The translations under genes and the position numbers were made by a program. This document shows positions 41,743 through 51,336 of a stretch of DNA of 64,000 nucleotides, one piece after another (position 1 is the stretch's first letter; every line of letters begins with the position of its first letter). The notes below the pieces were generated by a model, which was not told the origin of the DNA, ran no database searches, and worked only from the letters and a program-made list of their open reading frames with translations. The DNA lies in IMG/VR virus record IMGVR_UViG_3300005440_000008, positions 32,001 to 96,000 of that record. One strand, written 5' to 3'. This stretch comes from a virus (lineage: Duplodnaviria; Caudoviricetes).

Positions 41743-42089
41743 GGGGCCGGCTCCACCACGTAGCCCGTGGTCGGGACCAGGCCGACGCGCCGGCCGCGCC
41801 CGTGGGCGTCGCTCCACTCGATGAGCTGCACGAGGTCCTCGGCGATGGCCGCGGCGAGGTGCTCCGTCGGCACCGCGCCCAGACTGACGGCCGGGCCCGG
41901 GCTCAGCGGGCATCGGTAGAGCTCAACCCGCGCCGGTGCGGCGGCGCCGGAGGCCAGGGCGGGCGTGGGCACCAGGGGGCGGACGAGCCGGACAGTGGGC
42001 CGGAGCGCGGTCGGTGGATTCGCGCGGCAGTGGGGACAGCTATCGCGCCGGCGCCCGTCCGCGCCGCAGCCCGAGCAGCGGTAGCTCAT
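41739..42089 (-). CDS. Zinc-ribbon protein
   Basis: CSGC...CPHC; overlapping start/stop with both neighbours. Confidence 0.55.
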   Translation of the reverse strand: MSYRCSGCGADGRRRDSCPHCRANPPTALRPTVRLVRPLVPTPALASGAAAPARVELYRCPLSPGPAVSLGAVPTEHLAAAIAEDLVQLIEWSDAHGRGRRVGLVPTTGYVVEPAP

Positions 42090-43246
42090 GCCGTTCGCCC
42101 GGCCACGCGCGCCACCACGTTCTTCACGTCGCGCACACCGGCGGCCGTCGCGAAGTCCTTCAGCTGGGCCTTGCCCGCGGCCCAGAGTTTGTAGCGGGTC
42201 GGGCCCAGGACCTCGCGCTGAAAGGCGGCGTCCTGCTGCCGGAACCACTCGGCGTACTTCTGCGTGGCGGGCACCTGGCCGTTAAAGCTCGCGCGCGTCG
42301 CTCCCGGAAGACCCAGCTCCGAGGCGGCCTTGAGGACGGGCACCAGGCTACAGCGACAGTTCGGATGCGTGTCGATCACCGGTACCTTCGCCTTCTTGAT
42401 GTCGGTAAAGAACTTGCCGTCGAGCTGGGCACACTGCAGACAGCTTCTCCGATCGAGCGTGGCGACCCACCGCACGCCCTTCAGGTACTGGGCGTTCCGA
42501 TCGAACGTCAGGATCGCCGCCTGGTTGGCGACGCGCACGAACTCGCTCCGGACGACGCGCTCGCTCTGCCAGCGCGCGCCCCCGAGGACGCTCTGGAGCG
42601 CGCGCGCCACCGTGGGCACGCCCTGCCCCTGGAGCAACCCGCCGACGAGCACGGTCCGCGCCTGGGCCAGCAGCGTCTCCGCCATGCGCTCGAGCGTCGT
42701 CGCCACCGTGCTGCCGCCGGTCGCGCTCGCCAGCAGCTGGGCGACCTGCGCCTCGGGGACCGCGGTGAACACCATCTCGATGGACGGCTCGTCGAGCGGC
42801 CGGGCGGTCTCCTCCTGGAGGACCGCACCCCACGGCTCCTCGAGGTGCGGCCAGGCGAGGGCCTCTGTCGTCGTGACCGGGGTGTGGAGCGCCGCGTCCA
42901 CCTCGGCTTGCACTGTCTGTGGCAGGTCGAACAGCTCGAGGCGGGCGAGCGCGAGGAGATCGCCGATGATCGTCCGGCTGACCTCGGTGAGCTGCTCGCG
43001 CACGGTGGCTCGCAGCGGGGCGAGGACCTCGCGCTCGAGGCGACCCGTGCGATCCGGATCCGGCATCCCGGCCGCGGCGCGCTCGCCCTTCACAAAGAGA
43101 TCGGTGTGCCGGCGCACGTGCCAGACGGCCAGGCGCGTGAGCATGGCGAGGGAGCGCCGGACCGCCCGGAGGCAGCCGTTCTCGAGGCGCGTGTTGAGAG
43201 CCGCCCGGCGCAGCAGCCGGCGCTGGAGGCGCTCGTTGACCGTCAT
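42086..43246 (-). CDS. Head morphogenesis protein (SPP1 gp7 / MuF)
   Basis: ERVVRSE, WVATLDRRSC.QC..LDG, HPNCRCSL, Y.EWF..Q....Q..VLG. Confidence 0.92.
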   Translation of the reverse strand: MTVNERLQRRLLRRAALNTRLENGCLRAVRRSLAMLTRLAVWHVRRHTDLFVKGERAAAGMPDPDRTGRLEREVLAPLRATVREQLTEVSRTIIGDLLALARLELFDLPQTVQAEVDAALHTPVTTTEALAWPHLEEPWGAVLQEETARPLDEPSIEMVFTAVPEAQVAQLLASATGGSTVATTLERMAETLLAQARTVLVGGLLQGQGVPTVARALQSVLGGARWQSERVVRSEFVRVANQAAILTFDRNAQYLKGVRWVATLDRRSCLQCAQLDGKFFTDIKKAKVPVIDTHPNCRCSLVPVLKAASELGLPGATRASFNGQVPATQKYAEWFRQQDAAFQREVLGPTRYKLWAAGKAQLKDFATAAGVRDVKNVVARVAGRTA

Positions 43247-43497
43247 TCGCCGCTCGGGGGGCGGGACCCGCGCGAGCGGCGCCGCAGGAGCTGGGCCCAC
43301 TGGCGGTTCGTCTCGGGATCGATCTCCGTCGCGCCGCTGAGGATGCAGGCGCCGGCGCTCCGGGCGTCGTCGAGGCCCGCCGTCGGGGCGTGATGCGTGG
43401 CGCACCACCGCTCGATCACGAGCTCGCGGAGGGGATCCACGTCGGGCTGACAGCCCGGGCACCAGTCGCGCGTGACGATCGGGGTGTCCATGTCCAT
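43243..43497 (-). CDS. Small Cys/His protein
   Basis: CPGC...WCATH. Confidence 0.5.
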   Translation of the reverse strand: MDMDTPIVTRDWCPGCQPDVDPLRELVIERWCATHHAPTAGLDDARSAGACILSGATEIDPETNRQWAQLLRRRSRGSRPPSGE

Positions 43498-43575
43498 TCA
43501 GGCCGGCCCCCCGGGACCGGCCGAGCAGAGGACCGGCGCGACGATCGGGCCGGTCCCCTGCCCCGCCAGCATCGG

Positions 43576-44043
43576 CTACTGGTTCTCGGGCGCGCCCGCG
43601 CTGATGGCCAGCGCGACGGCCTCGCTCGGGTCGACCTGGAGATCGAGCGCGCCAGAGATCGAGCGCACGCCCTCGCCGAGGTCCGCGTCGGCGGTCACGT
43701 TGATCTGGCACGCGCCGGGGACGAGCGCGACGACGGTCGCGGACAGCCCGTCCTCGGCGACCTCGAGCGTGGCCACGGCGGGATCGGAGGCGGCCCACTG
43801 GGGCACCCCGTCCACCCGGGCCGGCCGGCCCTTCACGTCGACCGGCTGAATCGCGAGCGCGCACTTCTGTGTGTCCTGCAGGATGAGCTTGGCCATCGGA
43901 CCCTCCTGGAATCGTTCGCACGTGGTGATGGGCCCGATGACGAAGTCGAGCCGGCCGGTCGGGCCCGAACCCGGCGGGCGACGGGGACACAGGACGCGAC
44001 GGAGCCAGCATCGGAGCCAGGCAAGCTGCGCGCGGCGGCGCAT
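43576..44043 (-). CDS. Ig-like (Big_2-like) protein with two possible starts (44043 and 43896)
   Basis: QWAASDPAVATL, G.CQINVTAD; AGGAGG RBS before the internal ATG 43896. Confidence 0.75.
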   Translation of the reverse strand: MRRRAQLAWLRCWLRRVLCPRRPPGSGPTGRLDFVIGPITTCERFQEGPMAKLILQDTQKCALAIQPVDVKGRPARVDGVPQWAASDPAVATLEVAEDGLSATVVALVPGACQINVTADADLGEGVRSISGALDLQVDPSEAVALAISAGAPENQ

Positions 44044-44044
44044 G

Positions 44045-45904
44045 TCAGGCGACCTTCCGGCGCCGTGGCCGCGCGGCCGGCGTCCGTTGGCGATACTGGG
44101 CCTGCGTGGCGAGTGCCTCGATGAAAGGGCGGAGCCGCTGGACCACGGCGCCCAACTGCGGCGAGATGGCCGTGGCGCCCTGGGCGAGCGCGTCGAGCTC
44201 CGCGAGGGAGGCCAGCGCCTCGGTGCGCGTGTCGTTCACCGGGTCCGGCGCCGCCGGATCCCGCGCGGGATCCGTCTCGTCGTCGGCGAGCGACCGGCCC
44301 TCTTCCTCTGCCTCGAGGCGGAGGTTCTCGCGCTCCGCGTCCCAGACGAGGTCCTCCTGGGCCGCCCAGGTGGTCTTGCTGAGGAGGCCGGCCCCGTGGA
44401 GCGCCACGCGCCGCTCGGTCTCCTTCAGCGCGTCCTTGGCGATCAGCGTCGGCCACTGGATCGTGATGCCGGGGTTGGTCTCACGGGGCAGCCCGAGCGA
44501 GCGGATCGCCTCGACGCGCACCCACTCCCAGATCCGGACGATGGCGTCCTCGAAGTAGTCCTGCCAGTCCTCCCACTCGCGGACGGCCGGGGTGCGCGCC
44601 TCGACGGAGCTCGAATACGACGCGTTGCTCCAGTCCCCGGTGACGAGCATCTCGGGCAGGCCCAGGCCCGCCGCGATGGTCATGAGGAACCGCCGCCCGT
44701 CCTCGCCGGCATCGCGCGCGTCGAGCTTCGGGCTCAGGAAGTCGTACGAGACGCCGGGCCCGGGCGTGAGCGTCGTGCCGGGCCGGAACATCGGCTCCCG
44801 GCGCCCGCTCGTCGTCTGGGGCTCGCGCCCCTGGGGGTGGACGGCGCCGCTCGCCCGGCCCTGGACGATCGCGGCCCCTTGCGTCGGGGTGCCCTCCACC
44901 TTCCGGACGAGCGCGACGGCGGCGCGCACCTTGTTCAGCACCATCCGGTACTCTTCCCACTGCGCGTAGTTCGTGAGGTTCTTCAGCACCACCTCGAGGA
45001 TCGGAAAGCCGCGGAGATCGTTGCTGTCGGCAAGGGGCTTCCGGTGGATCATCTCGTGGGCGGGCACGCGCGTCGGCGTCCCCCCGGGCGTGGCGGGCTT
45101 CAGCCAGTACGCGACAACGGTCTCGACGTCGTTGGCGAGGTGCTCGATGCCCTCCTCGAGGGCCGTCGACTCGCCCAGGAGCTCGCGGGGGAGCTGTCCG
45201 TCATTCGGCTCGTCCCGATCATCGGGCACCACATCGACGTCGAGGACCTTGCCCACGAAGCCGGGCGTGGTCTTGCCGTCGCCGGCGACGCGATCCGGCT
45301 CGACGAAGCGGAGCAGCACGCGGCCGCCGCCGGGGCGAAACCGCCGCAGGAAGGCCTCGCCCTCGCGGAAGGCGCGGAGCACGAACTCCTTCAGGCGCTC
45401 GCGCATCCGGTTGTTCTTCGACGCGTCCTCCCACAGCTCGCGGACTAGCAAGGGCGCGTCGCTGTCGGCCTCGGCCACAACCAGCTTGGCGTGCCGATCG
45501 TCCGCCCACGTGCCCTTCTGCTCGTCGGCGAAGTCGATCGTGAGCTCGCGCCCGATGATGAACTTGACGAAGTTCCGGAGGATGCCGCGCGCGTGGGGAT
45601 CGAGCCGCCATGCGCGATAGCTCTGCTTCTGGCTCGTGGTGCGCTCGACGCTCGTCGGGAGGCTCTTGCTCGAGTCGAGGGATCCGCCGCTCGAGAGGAG
45701 CGACCAGTTCGCCTCGTCGCGATCTGGACGCGCCTCGGGCCCCTCCTGCAGCAGGAGGCCGCTCATGAGGCGGCGCGTGTACCTGGCCTCCTCGAGGGCG
45801 AGCTCGAGCTCGACGTGCGCGAGCTCTTGCTGGAGGGCGCGGGTCGTGGGGCGCTTGGGGGACTCGGACGACGCGGCGGCGGGCGCGGACTTGCTTCGAG
45901 CCAT
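44045..45904 (-). CDS. Portal protein
   Basis: DP.ARG, REGE.F.R, RG.PIL, IAAGLGLPE..VTGDWSNASYSS; follows TerL. Confidence 0.93.
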   Translation of the reverse strand: MARSKSAPAAASSESPKRPTTRALQQELAHVELELALEEARYTRRLMSGLLLQEGPEARPDRDEANWSLLSSGGSLDSSKSLPTSVERTTSQKQSYRAWRLDPHARGILRNFVKFIIGRELTIDFADEQKGTWADDRHAKLVVAEADSDAPLLVRELWEDASKNNRMRERLKEFVLRAFREGEAFLRRFRPGGGRVLLRFVEPDRVAGDGKTTPGFVGKVLDVDVVPDDRDEPNDGQLPRELLGESTALEEGIEHLANDVETVVAYWLKPATPGGTPTRVPAHEMIHRKPLADSNDLRGFPILEVVLKNLTNYAQWEEYRMVLNKVRAAVALVRKVEGTPTQGAAIVQGRASGAVHPQGREPQTTSGRREPMFRPGTTLTPGPGVSYDFLSPKLDARDAGEDGRRFLMTIAAGLGLPEMLVTGDWSNASYSSSVEARTPAVREWEDWQDYFEDAIVRIWEWVRVEAIRSLGLPRETNPGITIQWPTLIAKDALKETERRVALHGAGLLSKTTWAAQEDLVWDAERENLRLEAEEEGRSLADDETDPARDPAAPDPVNDTRTEALASLAELDALAQGATAISPQLGAVVQRLRPFIEALATQAQYRQRTPAARPRRRKVA

Positions 45905-46004
45905 CCTCAGATCTCCGCCGAGGTGTGACGAAGGCACAGCACCTCAACGCCCGGTGTCTGAGGACGGGCGAGTCGCGAGCCAGTATAGCGCAGCACGAGC
46001 CGGC

Positions 46005-47429
46005 TCACAGGAAGCTCCCCCCGAACTCGTCGTCGGGGATCTCGCCCTGGAGCTCGGACTCGTCGAAGGGGGGCACGACGATCGCGCCGGCGAGCTTGTT
46101 GAAGGCCCCGCTCGCGCCGTCCACCTGGTCGTCCTGGGGTCCAGTGGGGAAGCCATGCAGCTCGTCCAGAAACGCCTTGTTCCACGCGCCCTGCACGAGC
46201 AGGACGTTGCCGACCTCGGCCTGGGCCGAGAGCGGCTGGGCCCGCGTCACCTTGTCGCCCGTCGGGCGCTCGGCGTGGACGTTCCAGCCGGCGAGCATGC
46301 GGATGGTCGCCTCCGCGCTTTCCTTCCCTCCAGAGCCCGGCTCTTGCTCAGACCAGATCGCGCAGCCGAGGCCGTCCGTCTGGGCGGTCTGCTTGATCAC
46401 TTCGTTGCGCCGCGCGCTCGACCACTGCCCCCGCACGACGTCCTCGACGAAGTAGAGCCCCTGCTCCGTCCGGGCCATGCGCACGCCGGCGGAGTACGAC
46501 CCGCCGCCCTCGGTCCCCGCCTTGTCCCAGTACCGGATGCGGGCGATGACGTCGGTGGCCACGGCATCGACGATCCGGAACCAGCCGCGGTTGAAGACGA
46601 GGCCGGCCTCGGGGCGGATCTTCCAGTTCCCGCCAAGCAGGCGCGCGCGCTCGACCGGCGGCAGCGCGTACAGGTTGGCCAGGTACGAGGGGTCCCGCGA
46701 CAGCAGGGCCGGGTTGTCGTGCACCAGCGCCGGGACGAACGTCATCGACTTCGGCGGGATGTCCGGGTGGAGGACGGCCAGCTCCTCGGGGGTGTCGGCC
46801 CACACGAGGGTGCCCTCCACGCGGATGAACCAGCGGAGCTGCCCCGCGCGCGCCGGGATCGGAAAGCCGGTGTCCTGGTCGATCCACCAGGTGATCAGCT
46901 CCGCCACCCACGAGTCGGCATCCGGGTTCGTCGTCGCGCGGATGTACGGCCGCACCCCGCACGTCGAGCGGCTCCGGGAGAACATGTAGAAGAACTGCTC
47001 CTCGGTGAACCCGGTCAGCTCGTCGAACCCGATGAACGGGATCTGCGAGCCCTGCCAGTCGAAGCGGTTCTTCTCGTGCTCCATGTGGGCGAAGCGGAGT
47101 CGGTTGCCATGGGGCGGGAAGTACCACTCGAGCGTGCTCTCCTTGGGCACGGCGCCGAGCGCGGGGTAGATCAGGTAGGACTCGTCCCAGAGCCCGCCCT
47201 CGTTGGTGATCTGGGGGCTCGTCCGCCGGAAGACGACCGCGCCGAATCCGTTCACCGTGCGCATATAGCGGAGGGGTTCGAGGAGGAGCGCGAAGCTCTT
47301 CCCCGACCCGGCGCCTCCGCCGTAGATCGCGACGTCGGCGTGGGTTGACAGGAATAGCTCTTGGGGGCCCCTTTGCGGACGGAGCACGCGCGGCGCCGGC
47401 GCGGCTTGAGCCGGAGCGGTGGCGCTCAC
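46005..47429 (-). CDS. terL: Terminase large subunit
   Basis: Walker A YGGGAGSGKS, Walker B IGFDELT, ATTNP, RYWDKA, EQEPGSGGK, DDQVDG. Confidence 0.97.
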   Translation of the reverse strand: MSATAPAQAAPAPRVLRPQRGPQELFLSTHADVAIYGGGAGSGKSFALLLEPLRYMRTVNGFGAVVFRRTSPQITNEGGLWDESYLIYPALGAVPKESTLEWYFPPHGNRLRFAHMEHEKNRFDWQGSQIPFIGFDELTGFTEEQFFYMFSRSRSTCGVRPYIRATTNPDADSWVAELITWWIDQDTGFPIPARAGQLRWFIRVEGTLVWADTPEELAVLHPDIPPKSMTFVPALVHDNPALLSRDPSYLANLYALPPVERARLLGGNWKIRPEAGLVFNRGWFRIVDAVATDVIARIRYWDKAGTEGGGSYSAGVRMARTEQGLYFVEDVVRGQWSSARRNEVIKQTAQTDGLGCAIWSEQEPGSGGKESAEATIRMLAGWNVHAERPTGDKVTRAQPLSAQAEVGNVLLVQGAWNKAFLDELHGFPTGPQDDQVDGASGAFNKLAGAIVVPPFDESELQGEIPDDEFGGSFL

Positions 47430-48049
47430 GAGACTGGCCGCCCGTTGTCGGGGAGGTAGATCACCACGCTCTCGCCGGGCACCTCGGCCAGGGGCTTGCC
47501 GTCGCGCCCGAAAACCTTCGTGGTGGGGAACACGCCGAGGTGCTTGCCGAGGAGCTGGAGGGCCTCGGTCTTGTCGTAGAGGCGGATCCGCTTGGCGGTG
47601 CCCGCCGGCGTGTCGTGTGACGAGACCTCGGCGACGCAGGCGGCGTCCTCCAGGGTGGCGCTGTCCTTGAACAGCACCCCCGTCGGGCCCCACGACGTGA
47701 ACGTGCGGATGTCGGAGAAGCCGATCTTGACGAGCTCGGCCACGACCTGGTCGGCGCTGACCTCGAGACGCTGCGCACGCGCGGCCATCCGGGCCTGCAG
47801 GGCCGCCTGGACGGTAGCATTCGCTAGCAGCCGGACGCCCTGCACGTTGGCCCCGCGTCGGCTGTACCCGGCACGGATGACGGCCTGGGTGGCGTTGAGA
47901 TCCTTGAGGTATTCGGCGACGAAGGCCTGGCGACGGGGGGACAGCGTGGACGCCGACTTCCGAGCGGGTCGGGCGGGAGGCGACGGCGGGGGCGAAACCG
48001 GAGGCGCATGGCGGCCGTGACGTCGCGCGCCTTTCCGTTTCGCGGTCAC
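47426..48049 (-). CDS. terS: Terminase small subunit
   Basis: FVAEYLKDLNATQA.IRAGYS, V..EL.KIGFSD, LYDK..AL.LLGKHLG. Confidence 0.95.
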   Translation of the reverse strand: MTAKRKGARRHGRHAPPVSPPPSPPARPARKSASTLSPRRQAFVAEYLKDLNATQAVIRAGYSRRGANVQGVRLLANATVQAALQARMAARAQRLEVSADQVVAELVKIGFSDIRTFTSWGPTGVLFKDSATLEDAACVAEVSSHDTPAGTAKRIRLYDKTEALQLLGKHLGVFPTTKVFGRDGKPLAEVPGESVVIYLPDNGRPVS

Positions 48050-48118
48050 TCGGTCAGGATTGCGCTCTCCTCTCTGATGCTGCGGGGGTATCGGGTGGTT
48101 ACGTCACGCTGCCCTGCG

Positions 48119-48135
48119 AGGATACCACTGCCCCT
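48119..48135 (-). promoter_or_regulatory. Extended -10 promoter candidate for the packaging operon
   Basis: AGGGGCAGTGG-TATCCT; near copy AGGGGTCAGTGG-TACGTT at 49005-48988. Confidence 0.5.
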
Positions 48136-48956
48136 TACGACAGGAGCTCGCGAGCCCGGGTTCGCCAGTCTCGGAGCTGCTGCTCGTGGGCCGCCCGGAG
48201 CGAAATGTTCATCAGCCCCTCGAAGCCCGTGTCCATCGACTTGAGCCGCCCCAGTCCCATCGACTCTGGCCCTTGGCCCGCTTCCGCACCGATCGTCTCG
48301 TCGACGAGCCGCTGCCCCTCCTCCAGCAGTCGCCACATGTCGAACCACGACTTGCCGTGGAGCCACGCTCGGAGCTCGGTGTCCGCGAGCACTGACGCCC
48401 GGTCCGGCGGCGTCAACGCCTCGATGGCGGCGACCGTCCAGAAGCGAGTCCGCGGGTCCGTGTTCGTCAGAAGTGGGACCCGACGGAGCTGTCGGAACAC
48501 GGGGGCTGCCTCGACCGGCTGGCCGTGAACACTCGACACGAGATCGTGCTGGTTGAATTGATGCCGTGTCCCCACGCACAGCACCCGCGCGATCCGTTCC
48601 TGCTCGCCGGGATCCCGACCGACGTAGTAGTCGTAGGCCCACGAGTCCAGCTCGACGAGGGGCCCGCCGTGGGCCGTGAACACGGCCGCTCCATCCTTCG
48701 TTTTCCCCACGAACGCCCACGGGGCGGCGCCCTGCGTCGCCGGTGTCGGCACCGGTTGAGCCGGCCTGAGTTTCAGGATGCAGGTCAGACTCCACGCCGT
48801 AACTCCAAACGTCCCGATGCAGATGAGGGACACCGCCCATGGCGCAAGCCCCTGCGTGGTGAGAAATGTTGCCCCGCCCGCCACGCCAGAGATGACGAGA
48901 ACGACGAGGCCATACCAGTTCATGACCCATCCGGCCCACCCATCGCGTCCGTCCAT
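48135..48956 (-). CDS. Moron-like membrane protein
   Basis: Two N-terminal TM segments; own promoter-like motif and AAAGGGG RBS. Confidence 0.6.
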   Translation of the reverse strand: MDGRDGWAGWVMNWYGLVVLVISGVAGGATFLTTQGLAPWAVSLICIGTFGVTAWSLTCILKLRPAQPVPTPATQGAAPWAFVGKTKDGAAVFTAHGGPLVELDSWAYDYYVGRDPGEQERIARVLCVGTRHQFNQHDLVSSVHGQPVEAAPVFRQLRRVPLLTNTDPRTRFWTVAAIEALTPPDRASVLADTELRAWLHGKSWFDMWRLLEEGQRLVDETIGAEAGQGPESMGLGRLKSMDTGFEGLMNISLRAAHEQQLRDWRTRARELLS

Positions 48957-49022
48957 GCCCGTCCCCTTTCGACGTAACTCGGGCAGGAACGTACCACTGA
49001 CCCCTCCGCAAGGAAACGGCCC

Positions 49023-49562
49023 TCACGCCTTCACCCGCTCCGACCGCAGGCGCGTCACGGTGCCGCTCCACAGCTCTTCGAGCTGCTCCCCCGGGACGCC
49101 GACGCTCCGGGCCAGGTCCTTGAAGGTCGCCTCGTCACCGGCGCGCGCGAGATCGAGCAGCACGGGCACGTGCTCACCCGCGAGGCGCGACTCCGGCTCA
49201 TCGGGGGGAAAGTCCCGCATCGACACGCTATCCGCACCCGCCCGGAGCTGGATCGGCTGAGCCAACTCGACCAGCGCGAAGGTCGGGTACAGGCGCTCGG
49301 CGTGCGGCAGGACCGTGCCCTCGGCCGGGGCCAGGATACGGCCGAGCCCGGACGTGATCCAGATGCGGCCGCGCGCCGTGACGAACCGGGGCAACGGCCG
49401 CGCCAGGGACGCATCCGGGAAGATCTCACAGACCCCGACCAGCTCGAGGACCGCGCCAACGCGGACGCGCGGCCGGGGCCGGTAGCGGGCCCAGGCTTGC
49501 CGCGCCAACACGCCCACGATGAGGCCCACGAGGAGCGCGAACCTCCGGGCGCGCCGCCTCAT
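49023..49562 (-). CDS. Hypothetical protein with N-terminal TM/signal segment
   Basis: MRRRARRFALLVGLIVGVLA; ATGA overlap. Confidence 0.5.
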   Translation of the reverse strand: MRRRARRFALLVGLIVGVLARQAWARYRPRPRVRVGAVLELVGVCEIFPDASLARPLPRFVTARGRIWITSGLGRILAPAEGTVLPHAERLYPTFALVELAQPIQLRAGADSVSMRDFPPDEPESRLAGEHVPVLLDLARAGDEATFKDLARSVGVPGEQLEELWSGTVTRLRSERVKA

Positions 49563-50716
49563 GAATTCTCCCGCTCGATCGCGTAGAGCCGGCGCAGGTT
49601 GCGGTCGATCGAGTCGCCGGTGTGCACGCCTCCGCGACGCTCCACCTCGTCGCGCAAGGGGAAGCGATCCGGCACGGTCGCGTTCGACTCCAGGTACGTC
49701 CGCCGCGGCCGCAGCTGGTCGACGAGCCGCCACAGCGATGCCTCCCCGCCCGCGAGGTGCTTGGTCATCGACAGCACGAGCAGATGGTCGATGCGGTCCG
49801 CGCAGACCGCGGCCAGCCACGCGGCCAGCTCCGGAAGGTCGGGGCCGTCCACGGCCGCCTGGCGATAGCACGCGTTGATCCCCGCCTGCCGGGCCAGCCG
49901 GCGGGCCAGTTTCACGAAGTCGGCGTCGTGGTCGATCCCGATCAAGCGCCCGAGGTTCGGCCCCTGCCGGAGCGCGGCGTACGTGAGGAACCCGCCGAGC
50001 TGCGACCCGATGTCCACCACCGACTCCCCGGCGATCGGGAGGAACCTGAGCGCCATCGCCCGCTCGCGCACGCGACGCTCGCCGGGCACCCATCCCTGGT
50101 GGATCCAGACGTCCTGGTACGGCACGTTGCGCGCGTGCGGCGGGAACTGACCGTCGGTCAGGAGATCCGTCTCGAGCGCGTCATCGACCGGAATCGGCGG
50201 GACACGCTCGGCCGGCCCGGACCAGCGGAGGCGGTCCCAGCCCGAGCGGCGCACGTCGATCAATCGGCCGCCGATGATGTTCCCGGGCTTGTGGAGGTCG
50301 TTCCACGCGCCCGGCGTGCCCGTGACGGCTCCGCTCGCGCGGAGCGCCTCCGGCGTGAAGGTCCCCGGCTCGAGCGTCGTGGCGTCCGCCATCTCGTAGC
50401 CGAAGGCGCCACACGGATCCGCCCACCACCCGCCCGGGTGCTCGGAGATCACCGTCTGGACGTACACCCAGTCCCCGATCGGCGGCGCCCACGATCGCGC
50501 CGCGAGCCAGCGCAGGAGCGCGACCTCCTCGCCGATCAGCGACCGCGGGTAAAGTCCATCGCCCGGCATCCGGTACTTCTGGAGCATCCCCCCGAACTGA
50601 AAGGGAATCTTGCAGCCCAAGGCGCCCGGCTCGCGGGGCGGAATCCACACGCTGTGCTGCCCGACCACCACGCCCGGCTTCGTGAGATCCAGCTCGTCGA
50701 TGATGTGCACGGTCAC
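49559..50716 (-). CDS. Kinase-like + class I SAM methyltransferase fusion
   Basis: GCKI...EE...NDLHKPGNII..RLID kinase-like motifs, then GESVVDIGSQLGGF and IGID. Confidence 0.7.
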   Translation of the reverse strand: MTVHIIDELDLTKPGVVVGQHSVWIPPREPGALGCKIPFQFGGMLQKYRMPGDGLYPRSLIGEEVALLRWLAARSWAPPIGDWVYVQTVISEHPGGWWADPCGAFGYEMADATTLEPGTFTPEALRASGAVTGTPGAWNDLHKPGNIIGGRLIDVRRSGWDRLRWSGPAERVPPIPVDDALETDLLTDGQFPPHARNVPYQDVWIHQGWVPGERRVRERAMALRFLPIAGESVVDIGSQLGGFLTYAALRQGPNLGRLIGIDHDADFVKLARRLARQAGINACYRQAAVDGPDLPELAAWLAAVCADRIDHLLVLSMTKHLAGGEASLWRLVDQLRPRRTYLESNATVPDRFPLRDEVERRGGVHTGDSIDRNLRRLYAIERENS

Positions 50717-51336
50717 TCCCTGCACGGTTCGGTGTGGTGGGGGCTGCCAACCTTGGTGCGCGTCAGCTGGAGCGGCGCGTGGTAGAGGCTCGTCTCCACG
50801 CGGATGATCGTGAGCCCGAAGGCGTAGGGCAGCGTCACCCGGCTCGTCTCCACGCCGAACTCGGCGGCGGCCTCGAGGGCGGCGCGGATCCCAGCGCGAA
50901 CCCCGGGCCCGCTGTAGGAGTGCGCGCTGTCGTGGACGAGGACCAGCCCAAGCGGGCGGACGCGCGGCAGGACCCACGCGAGGTCGGCCGCCACCGTCTC
51001 GGCGTCATGCGACCCGTCGTGGAGCACCAGCTCGAGCGGCGGGATCCGTCGGTGCTCGTCGACGTGAGCTCGCGCCGCCTCCGAGGTGACCGGGAAGTGC
51101 GTGTGGCGCGGATGCGTCGTCTCCCATGGCTTGGGCGCACACGAGAAGAGGTGCCCCTGCGTCTCCTCGAGGGCGAGCAGGATGGTCTCGGTCGAGCGCC
51201 CGACGCCGAACTCGAACACCGCCTGCGCCTCGAGGCCGCGGACGGCGCTGTAGAGGAAGAGGTAGTGCGGCCCGAGCCCGCTCGTGAACGCCTCGAGCTC
51301 CTGGCCCAGCATGATCGCGACCGCGGTGGCCCTCAT
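50713..51336 (-). CDS. Class I SAM methyltransferase (Methyltransf_24-like)
   Basis: VFEFGVGRST, LVLHDGSHD...V..D, GLVLVHD. Confidence 0.85.
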   Translation of the reverse strand: MRATAVAIMLGQELEAFTSGLGPHYLFLYSAVRGLEAQAVFEFGVGRSTETILLALEETQGHLFSCAPKPWETTHPRHTHFPVTSEAARAHVDEHRRIPPLELVLHDGSHDAETVAADLAWVLPRVRPLGLVLVHDSAHSYSGPGVRAGIRAALEAAAEFGVETSRVTLPYAFGLTIIRVETSLYHAPLQLTRTKVGSPHHTEPCRE

